Shown here one piece after another: positions 7,125-12,895 of a stretch of 13,166 bases of DNA; position 1 is the first letter of the stretch, and each line of letters starts with the position of its first letter. Position numbers and translations under genes: made by a program. The notes under the pieces were generated by a model, which searched no databases, had not been told where the DNA came from, and saw only the letters and a program-made list of their open reading frames with translations. The stretch is from a virus: positions 1-13,166 of IMG/VR virus record IMGVR_UViG_3300045988_129298. One strand, written 5' to 3'.

Positions 7125-7142
7125 AGTTGCAACGTTGCAACT
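7125..7142. repeat. 18-bp perfect palindrome (junction of the capsid gene and the 166-aa gene)
   Basis: Exact match, ending 19 nt before the ATG at 7105. The RBS GAAGGTGAG lies between them. On the plus strand the palindrome runs into a T6 tract (7142-7147). Confidence 0.98.
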
Positions 7143-7149
7143 TTTTTAG

Positions 7150-7166
7150 GGTTGCAACGTTTAACT
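7150..7166. repeat. Partial palindrome copy GGTTGCAACGTTTAACT
   Basis: It contains one intact GTTGCAAC octamer (7151-7158) followed by a degenerate second half. It lies 7 nt from the perfect copy, separated by TTTTTAG. Confidence 0.85.
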
Positions 7167-7176
7167 ATCATTTTTG

Positions 7177-8322
7177 TTATGCTGTTACTGCTGTATCTGC
7201 TACTATGAATACAACACAGTTTTCCATAGTATCGTTGAAATAGCTTGCATCGTACTTATAGAAATAGTTCCAATACTCGCCCTTCGGATTGTAAATACTT
7301 GTAACTCTTGGGTTAGCATTACAAACCATACAAGCATCTCTGTCAAAGATGGTTCCGATAATACCTGTCTGAGATACTGCGTTACCGCTTGCCGTTGTAA
7401 CATTGATTTTTGAAATTTCTGCAAAATCGAACGTTTCGCCCGTTCCGCTACCCTGCCAATAAGGTACTTCTGAATAACCTGTCAGTTTGACGAGGTCATT
7501 ATGAAACGTGTCACTCTGCAAATATACCTCGGCAGTATTTACAAATCTTGACAACAGAACCATTTTCAAGTCACTTTCAGGAGTAAAGGTTGTATAACCG
7601 CCGTCATTGAACAGCATTGACGGACGCTGAATATACTTGATATATTCCTTGATTTTTCCGATTGCATATCTCAGAAAATCCTTGTCCATAAGAGCGTGAC
7701 TTGCTGTCAAAGTCTGAGTAAACTCAGCATTATACATTGTCAAAAGATTAACAACGTTGTTTTTGCTATGTATCTTCTCAGCTATAAGATTATTAACAGT
7801 TCTTGTTTTAAGTATATCATTTGACAAAGTCAGCTTAAATCTGATACGATTTTCAATCATTGCAAAAAAGCTATTCATTTCAGCGGGCGAATTAAATGCA
7901 CTCTTAACCTGCATTTCTGTGAATGACATCTGCACCTCATACGTAACTTTGCTGTCATAGAATTTTGACTGAACGTCAGGTGCAGTAAAAACGAATGGGT
8001 CATAACTCTGTCCGTTTGTCAGTTTCCAACTGTCGTTTTCAACTGCGTCAGGCATTTCGCAACGTACTTTCTGCATTGCCGAACCGTACTCCCAACTATC
8101 TGCTAAAATGTCGGGGGCTGTTGAGTTGTAAACTCTATCCACAAAAATCATTCTACCGACTTTGTCAATCAGCTTGCGAACGTAATTATCAACGTCTGTC
8201 GCCTCAAGTATCTGTTTACCCATGTCAACGACATTTTCAAGATTCTCAGTTGTTACGGCACTCTCACCGATTATCTCCTGCTGTACTTCATTCAAAATTG
8301 TAGCAATTTGTGTAACTTTCAT
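7177..8322 (-). CDS. Major capsid protein (phi29 gp8-like, HK97 fold expected)
   Basis: The C-terminal motif YNPKGEYWNYFYKYDASYFND..NCVVF matches the recalled phi29 gp8 sequence [29 protein letters not shown]. The RBS AGAGAGGTAAA is present, and the start overlaps the upstream stop (TAATG at 8320-8324). Confidence 0.85.
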   Translation of the reverse strand: MKVTQIATILNEVQQEIIGESAVTTENLENVVDMGKQILEATDVDNYVRKLIDKVGRMIFVDRVYNSTAPDILADSWEYGSAMQKVRCEMPDAVENDSWKLTNGQSYDPFVFTAPDVQSKFYDSKVTYEVQMSFTEMQVKSAFNSPAEMNSFFAMIENRIRFKLTLSNDILKTRTVNNLIAEKIHSKNNVVNLLTMYNAEFTQTLTASHALMDKDFLRYAIGKIKEYIKYIQRPSMLFNDGGYTTFTPESDLKMVLLSRFVNTAEVYLQSDTFHNDLVKLTGYSEVPYWQGSGTGETFDFAEISKINVTTASGNAVSQTGIIGTIFDRDACMVCNANPRVTSIYNPKGEYWNYFYKYDASYFNDTMENCVVFIVADTAVTA

Positions 8323-8609
8323 TATAATTTACCTCTCTTTATTTCTTCGCCCTTTAGGCGGTAATATGTGTTTAGTTTCTTTCTCAACGTTCTGTCAATC
8401 CCTTTGAAACATAAAAACTTATCTTTGATAACATTTTCATATTTTAACCAATTTGCAAGGCATAACCAAAACACAAAATCATCACTATATAAAATATAGT
8501 CTTTTAAATCTTCCTTGTTTTGGAGTGTATCTACTACTGCTTTTAATACAACTGCTCTTGCTAGATTGACATAATTTTCAGCAAAAGTTGGACTTCTCAC
8601 TTTTTGCAT
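8322..8609 (-). CDS. Hypothetical 95-aa protein in the position of the phi29 scaffolding protein
   Basis: It lies directly upstream of the capsid gene and is translationally coupled to it. It has a strong RBS AGGAAAGGAGA and a basic C-terminal tail. The sequence gives no functional clue, so the scaffold role rests on synteny only. Confidence 0.3.
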   Translation of the reverse strand: MQKVRSPTFAENYVNLARAVVLKAVVDTLQNKEDLKDYILYSDDFVFWLCLANWLKYENVIKDKFLCFKGIDRTLRKKLNTYYRLKGEEIKRGKL

Positions 8610-8631
8610 TTTTTATTTTTTCTCCTTTCCT

Positions 8632-8649
8632 AGTTGCAACGTTGCAACT
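8632..8649. repeat. 18-bp perfect palindrome (junction of the lower collar gene and the 95-aa gene)
   Basis: Exact match. It abuts the TAA stop (8650-8652) of the upstream gene, is followed directly by the RBS AGGAAAGGAGA, and ends 22 nt before the ATG at 8609. Confidence 0.98.
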
Positions 8650-9327
8650 TTAGTATACGCCGATTAGAATTATATCGGCTATAGCTTTCGCAAATAAATC
8701 AACTACAGAAAACATTGCTAACTTTCTTTCGCTTTCAATCATCTGCTGTGACGTTGTAACTCCTATATTACCACTTCTTGTAAATTCATGCACAGTTTTT
8801 TCATTTCCTGCCGTGGTAACTGTAGTGTTTATATCCTGCGTATCTGTATTAGTTCCCGTGTTAGTAGTTTTTGTATCATTGATAAAACTATCAGACTTGT
8901 CAAAAGTTGTCTTTCCAGTTGTAATTGACGTGTCAACACCTACAGTATTTGTATTTACGCCTTTGTTTGTCTGTGTAATATTTGGAGTTCTTGTGTCCGT
9001 TCCCTTCTCGGTCATGGAATAGTTTTCAATGGGATTATATTCCAATGATAGAGTATCAACTAACTTGTCATATTCGTACTTGTGGGATTTACCATATAAT
9101 GCTATATAGTCGCTTGCCTGTTTTACCTTATTTGTATTACTTGTGACATTTTCGCTATCATAATACTTGTAAAAATCACGCTCTCCGTACTTATCCGCAA
9201 AATAGTAGAACATTTCAGCTGATGTAAAAATTGTAAATATTTTCAAGTCTGCTGATACCTTATCAAAAATAGTCTGTATAGTGGGGAATAGTTCCACCCA
9301 TTTATTTAGCGTTATTATCTTCCGCAT
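8650..9327 (-). CDS. Putative lower collar protein (225 aa)
   Basis: It lies immediately downstream of the portal/upper collar gene, as gp11 does in phi29, with a 26-nt overlap and the RBS GAGGTGG. It contains a Thr/Asn-rich low-complexity middle region and a GNIGVTTSQQMIESE motif. The assignment rests mainly on synteny. Confidence 0.45.
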   Translation of the reverse strand: MRKIITLNKWVELFPTIQTIFDKVSADLKIFTIFTSAEMFYYFADKYGERDFYKYYDSENVTSNTNKVKQASDYIALYGKSHKYEYDKLVDTLSLEYNPIENYSMTEKGTDTRTPNITQTNKGVNTNTVGVDTSITTGKTTFDKSDSFINDTKTTNTGTNTDTQDINTTVTTAGNEKTVHEFTRSGNIGVTTSQQMIESERKLAMFSVVDLFAKAIADIILIGVY

Positions 9328-10261
9328 TGTTTTCCACCTCTTCCTCTGTAGGTTCTTCCTCTGTAGGACTTTCCTCAGTTTTTACCAGGTCTTTCCATTC
9401 CTCAGAAATTTTAACAGAAATACCTACCCCAAACATAGCATTAATTTTGTCGACTGCCTGCTGCCGGTTATTCAGCATATTAACAACATTCACAAATAAT
9501 GCACTATCATTAATATTAACTTCTGCTATATTTAGCCGTTCTCGTTTCATGTTAAAATTTGCATTTACTCCGATTGAATTGTAAAAATTTGCAAGCCAAA
9601 ATTGATACGTTTCAACCGTCTGCTGTAGAATTGTAGCTACACTTGTATTATCTGCCATTTTGATTGGCGAAATACAATTCAAAATTGTATCATCAATCAT
9701 AACAGCAGGATTGCCATTATATAACTGTTTTAAAACTTTTTCCCCTGCAATTCTCACCGTATCGTCTTTGCACAGAAACGCTGTTTGAACTCTGCCGTTT
9801 TTCAAAGCACTGGAAATTGTTACCACGCAATCAGCTAACATATTCGCCGTTAGTGTTAGTATAGGATACAAACCGCCTGTCATTCCTTTCAATGGGTATT
9901 TATCCGTATCACTGTTAAACATTACTACTCCGTCAATATCCAGTTTTACATTTTTATTTCCTAGAATTGGATTAGCCACAACAAATTCAGTCGGTAAATA
10001 ATACTCATTAGGATAACCACCATAATTTCCGTTTAGTGCATATAGTTTTTCATTAAATTCAGTAAAAACAACTCTTCCTGTAACAAATAACCAAAAATTC
10101 ATTATCTGTTCATCAATGGTTTCTGGCAGGTTCTCCCATGTAAACATATTGATAACACGATTTAGCAACATTTTGTAATAGTAATTTGTTAATTGTGTTT
10201 TGTCTATGTTTGAGACTCCGAACTCGCTCCACTCCCATGAACTCCCTTTTTTTGAACCCAT
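9302..10261 (-). CDS. Portal / upper collar connector protein (phi29 gp10-like)
   Basis: MFTWENLPETIDEQ... matches the recalled phi29 gp10 sequence LFEWENLPPTINPS, and GVNANFNMKRERLNIAEV matches GIKNANLEKKERMVTDEV. I prefer the ATG at 10261 (MGSKKG...). The ORF-track GTG at 10273 lies inside the RBS AAAGGGGTGA. The acidic C-terminal tail carries a PTEEE duplication. Confidence 0.9.
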   Translation of the reverse strand: MGSKKGSSWEWSEFGVSNIDKTQLTNYYYKMLLNRVINMFTWENLPETIDEQIMNFWLFVTGRVVFTEFNEKLYALNGNYGGYPNEYYLPTEFVVANPILGNKNVKLDIDGVVMFNSDTDKYPLKGMTGGLYPILTLTANMLADCVVTISSALKNGRVQTAFLCKDDTVRIAGEKVLKQLYNGNPAVMIDDTILNCISPIKMADNTSVATILQQTVETYQFWLANFYNSIGVNANFNMKRERLNIAEVNINDSALFVNVVNMLNNRQQAVDKINAMFGVGISVKISEEWKDLVKTEESPTEEEPTEEEVENNAEDNNAK

Positions 10262-10285
10262 TTTTTCTTTCACCCCTTTTCAATC

Positions 10286-10303
10286 GGTTGCAACGTGGCA
10301 ACT
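10286..10303. repeat. Degenerate palindrome copy GGTTGCAACGTGGCAACT (16/18), upstream of the portal gene
   Basis: Two mismatches to the consensus. It ends 24 nt before the ATG at 10261, and on the plus strand it runs into a T8 tract (10303-10310). Confidence 0.9.
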
Positions 10304-10321
10304 TTTTTTTATTGCCACGTT
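10292..10321. other. 10-bp inverted repeat AACGTGGCAA / TTGCCACGTT with a 10-nt T-rich spacer, overlapping the degenerate palindrome
   Basis: Arms at 10292-10301 and 10312-10321 are exact reverse complements. The T-to-G variant of the palindrome is mirrored in the second arm. Confidence 0.9.
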
Positions 10322-10336
10322 TTGCCGATTTGCTGT

Positions 10337-10675
10337 TTACTGTATCTGAATTGAATAAAATTCACCGTTAGTTGACTTGCCTTTTACAAATCTTACCTTT
10401 ACCTCTTCACCTGTGTTCAAGCACTCGTTGAGAATGTCTGCCAACTCTTCCATGTGGTCAAGACAAACCTTTGACGAGAACCCAAAAACTCCGATGTCTG
10501 TTGCGATATAGCCAATGTCGCAAGGTTTCTTGTCCCTGTCAAGTCCACCATTTTCTACCACTGCACACCCTGAAACGGTGTGAAACTCTTCTGCACCTGC
10601 TGTCTTGATTGAAATACTTCCGCTCTTAGCGTTAAAGATGTCCTTCTTGCTCATGTTAACATTGAAACTGTTCAT
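10337..10675 (-). CDS. Hypothetical 112-aa protein (stand-alone cistron between two palindrome sites)
   Basis: Clean ORF with the RBS GGGAAGAGG, and visibly more GC-rich than neighbouring genes. I recognise no motif. A role as an abundant SSB or DNA-binding replication protein is speculation only. Confidence 0.55.
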   Translation of the reverse strand: MNSFNVNMSKKDIFNAKSGSISIKTAGAEEFHTVSGCAVVENGGLDRDKKPCDIGYIATDIGVFGFSSKVCLDHMEELADILNECLNTGEEVKVRFVKGKSTNGEFYSIQIQ

Positions 10676-10784
10676 GTTTAATACCTCTTCCCATGTTTTT
10701 TTGTAATTTGTTCAATATTATGTGACCGTAATATATAATAGTTATGCACGTTAGATAACAATAGCGGTTTAGCACTCTTATAAA

Positions 10785-10802
10785 AGTTGCAACGTTGCAA
10801 CT
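10785..10802. repeat. 18-bp perfect palindrome (intergenic region between the endolysin gene and the 112-aa gene)
   Basis: Exact match. Unlike the other copies, it lies 109 nt upstream of the next start (10675). On the minus strand it is followed by TTTATAAG. Confidence 0.98.
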
Positions 10803-10867
10803 GTAAAATTTTTAATTATTATCAATTTGCTGTTGTATTGTTAAATGCTCACATAACGTATTATCCG

Positions 10868-11536
10868 TTAAAAATTAACTATTTTGTCAAGAATAGCATT
10901 ATAAAGGGCATTAATTAACTTTACCCCTGCTATTCCGTTTTCTTTATACTTTAGCTTTTGCAAAATTTCATTTGTAGCTTTTTCAGTACCCTTGCCATAA
11001 ATACCGTTAAAATCAACATCTGTACTGATTATTTTACAAGTCTTTGCCAATTTTAACATCATTTTATAAGCGTAAACACCTTCATTGTTATCCCCACGTT
11101 TCAGTCCCTTAGTATCAAGAGCATTACCTTTATATCTCAAAACACCCAGGAAATTAGTGTAATTGTGTTTTTCTTTTGCTACAAATTTGTGACCGTTGTA
11201 ATTTTGGTCATAACTGTAAAAATACCTTGTATTTCCCTCACCCGTGGCTATTGAGATATGCCCGATATTGTCAGCCGACTTAAAAATACAAATATCACCT
11301 TGCATTGGTACAAAATCGGGAGTATTTGCAATTTTTGTAAAATTCTTTACAAGAGCCGATACCTCTTTGAAACGTGTAAAATACTGTTGGGCGTTGAAAT
11401 TGTATGGATAGTATGTAAAAATGTTAAAACATTTTTGCATATAGTCATTTACAAGGTCACAACACTGATAGGGATAAACCCCGTCAAACTCGATTGATTT
11501 TCCTAGGGTTTTAGAAATATATTCCTTAAATGTCAT
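10868..11536 (-). CDS. Endolysin: N-terminal CHAP amidase/peptidase domain plus C-terminal PG_binding_1-like domain
   Basis: The catalytic-Cys motif FDGVYPYQCCDLVNDY and the His motif NIGHISIA are typical of phage CHAP lysins such as the LysK type. The C-terminal LKRGDNNEGVYAYKMML...NGIYGKGTEKATNEILQK...NGIAG fits the peptidoglycan-binding repeat pattern. The start overlaps the upstream stop (ATGA at 11533-11536). Confidence 0.85.
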   Translation of the reverse strand: MTFKEYISKTLGKSIEFDGVYPYQCCDLVNDYMQKCFNIFTYYPYNFNAQQYFTRFKEVSALVKNFTKIANTPDFVPMQGDICIFKSADNIGHISIATGEGNTRYFYSYDQNYNGHKFVAKEKHNYTNFLGVLRYKGNALDTKGLKRGDNNEGVYAYKMMLKLAKTCKIISTDVDFNGIYGKGTEKATNEILQKLKYKENGIAGVKLINALYNAILDKIVNF

Positions 11537-11742
11537 TTTTCTTTTACCTCTAAATCTGTTAATCTGTGGTTAATTACTTTTATTTGCTCTTCTACTACTG
11601 GTAATCTCCTTGCAAAGTTGTTATGCTCTGCCACTCGTTTTTCCAACTGTTGAACCCTATATTCTGTCAGCTTAAACCCTGAGTAACTACCGATAAATGT
11701 ACCTATCAAGGATAACATCGCAACTATTATCGTACTCCACAT
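11533..11742 (-). CDS. Single-pass membrane protein with coiled-coil tail (holin-associated, BhlA/XhlA-like architecture)
   Basis: An N-terminal TM segment WSTIIVAMLSLIGTFIGSYSGF is followed by a charged helical region LEKRVAEHNN...INHRLTDLE. The gene is sandwiched by overlaps between a 2-TM ORF and the endolysin gene. Confidence 0.5.
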   Translation of the reverse strand: MWSTIIVAMLSLIGTFIGSYSGFKLTEYRVQQLEKRVAEHNNFARRLPVVEEQIKVINHRLTDLEVKEK

Positions 11743-11903
11743 TAAACTTTACCATTTTTTGAAAATTGAGTGCCAAAATAGAACGCTATTACAGTTGTAA
11801 AAACTGTCATATACTGCTCACTTGTTATCTTTCCTGCAAGTGATAGCAGACAAAACACAATCGTTAGTAGGATTGTTACGATTGATTTTATTGTTATCTT
11901 CAT
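11742..11903 (-). CDS. Small 2-TM membrane protein (53 aa), holin candidate; absent from the supplied ORF track
   Basis: Hand translation of the minus strand gives MKITIKSIVTILLTIVFCLLSLAGKITSEQYMTVFTTVIAFYFGTQFSKNGKV. The RBS GGAAGGTGA lies 5 nt upstream. The stop overlaps the next start (TAATG at 11740-11744). There are two hydrophobic segments and a basic C-terminus. Confidence 0.6.
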   Translation of the reverse strand: MKITIKSIVTILLTIVFCLLSLAGKITSEQYMTVFTTVIAFYFGTQFSKNGKV

Positions 11904-11928
11904 ATCTTCACCTTCCTATATGCCATGT

Positions 11929-12126
11929 TTACTCACCTTTTATACGTCTGTAAATTGCTTCCCCTGTTCCAAAGTCAACTTTTACAAGTTCTGGGATTTT
12001 GGCACCCTCTGCATAAAATGTGGGGTTTACATTCAAGGGTACCAGATGACTTCTTTCACATTGCTTAGCTTCGTACTCATCATCAAATATTTTGTTGCAC
12101 CATTCACAAGCAAAAAGTCTTTTCAT
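11929..12126 (-). CDS. Small zinc-finger-like protein (65 aa)
   Basis: FACEWCNKIFDDEYEAKQCERSH has the spacing F-x-C-x2-C-x3-F-x8-C-x3-H, which is the classical beta-beta-alpha zinc-finger spacing with Cys in place of the first His. The RBS AGGCAGG is upstream. Confidence 0.5.
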   Translation of the reverse strand: MKRLFACEWCNKIFDDEYEAKQCERSHLVPLNVNPTFYAEGAKIPELVKVDFGTGEAIYRRIKGE

Positions 12127-12148
12127 TTCTGTTTACCTGCCTTTCTAT

Positions 12149-12175
12149 CACACTGAGTAATTAATACTCAGTGTG
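12149..12175. other. 11-bp stem / 5-nt loop inverted repeat spanning the stop codon of the 214-aa gene
   Basis: CACACTGAGTA (12149-12159) and TACTCAGTGTG (12165-12175) are exact reverse complements. The TAA stop (12161-12163) lies in the loop. No T-run follows on the sense (minus) strand. Confidence 0.85.
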
Positions 12176-12805
12176 CTTTGTTGTAACATCAAAAGTTATG
12201 TCAATATTTTCAAGGTTTTCTCTTTTTTCCATAAGTGCATTTACCCATATTGACAAATCTTTAAGAGTTGCAAAGTGCTGTGTTCCTCTTGGTGCTTCCT
12301 CTTCCTTGGTTGTAACGTTGCAACTTTCAGCGGTTGTTACTTCCTCTTCCTGTTCCTCTGTTTCCTCTGTATCGTCTTTCATTTCAAGAGCCTTTGTGCT
12401 GTTGACAAATTCTCTCAGCTGTTTTATAGTCATGTCGGGTGTAATATTGCCGTTTTCAATAATTTCATTATCAAGGGTTACAAGGGTGGCAAGCTGATTG
12501 AATGTAAACATTTCAGCGTTAAGCGGTGAATTAATATCAGTTATGAACTTGTCGGAAACTCTTCTCATACGGCTTGCCGTTGACTTTGTGATGTTAAACA
12601 TTGTCATTGTGTAGTCACCAAAATCACCGAAATCGTCTTTCCATGTACCTTTGTTGTATATCTCCGCAAGGTCTGTACAGATAGCTTTCTTGTTATCCTC
12701 TACATTTACCATTCTTGTAAAGATACGCTGAGTGCTTTCTTTAAGAGCATTGCTCTTAAATGTGTTCATGATGTTTGTGCTTTCTGATTTAATAATGTTC
12801 TCCAT
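12161..12805 (-). CDS. Putative helix-turn-helix DNA-binding protein (214 aa), first gene of the minus-strand array
   Basis: The segment TWKDDFGDFGDYTMTMFNITKSTASRMRRVSDKF...FTFNQLATLVTL...ITPDMTIKQLREFV resembles ParB/KorB- or DUF3102-type HTH modules (from memory). An acidic linker TEETEEQEEE is present. The start codon is the last triplet of the right ITR. Confidence 0.4.
   Translation of the reverse strand: MENIIKSESTNIMNTFKSNALKESTQRIFTRMVNVEDNKKAICTDLAEIYNKGTWKDDFGDFGDYTMTMFNITKSTASRMRRVSDKFITDINSPLNAEMFTFNQLATLVTLDNEIIENGNITPDMTIKQLREFVNSTKALEMKDDTEETEEQEEEVTTAESCNVTTKEEEAPRGTQHFATLKDLSIWVNALMEKRENLENIDITFDVTTKHTEY
12308..12325. repeat. Degenerate palindrome copy GGTTGTAACGTTGCAACT (16/18) inside the 214-aa gene
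   Basis: Two mismatches to the consensus. It is read on the minus strand as codons for ESCNVTT. Confidence 0.85.
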
Positions 12806-12820
12806 GGTATTTTCCTTTCT

Positions 12821-12838
12821 AGTTGCAACGTTGCAACT
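12821..12838. repeat. 18-bp perfect palindrome (right ITR copy)
   Basis: Exact match, mirror of 329-346. It ends 15 nt before the ATG at 12805. Confidence 0.98.
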
Positions 12839-12895
12839 TTTAAAATTTTGTTTGTTAAGGTTTTCTCTTTATTCCTTTCCCTTAACTCTATATAT

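Noticed and set aside
7174-8407. Several ORFs antisense to or overlapping the capsid gene (7174..7413+, 7203..7424-, 7757..7960+, 7995..8303+, 8222..8407+), and similar ORFs opposite the portal, tail, collar, ATPase, endolysin and 214-aa genes.
   Set aside because: They lie within or antisense to genes with clear homology motifs or strong coding context. They lack RBSs and have odd, low-complexity or Cys/Leu-rich composition, as expected for chance ORFs.
9338-9366. Short tandem duplication TTCCTCTGTAGG (15-nt period) at the 3' end of the portal gene.
   Set aside because: It simply encodes the duplicated acidic peptide PTEEE in the portal C-terminal tail. This looks like ordinary slippage in a low-complexity tail, not a separate element.
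329-12838. The repeated palindromes as a CRISPR array or a MITE/IS remnant, and the ITRs as transposon ends.
   Set aside because: The copies are 0.5-3.8 kb apart and separated by genes, not by short spacers. No cas, transposase or target-site duplications are present. The ITRs together with a protein-primed polymerase and capsid genes indicate a linear phage genome.
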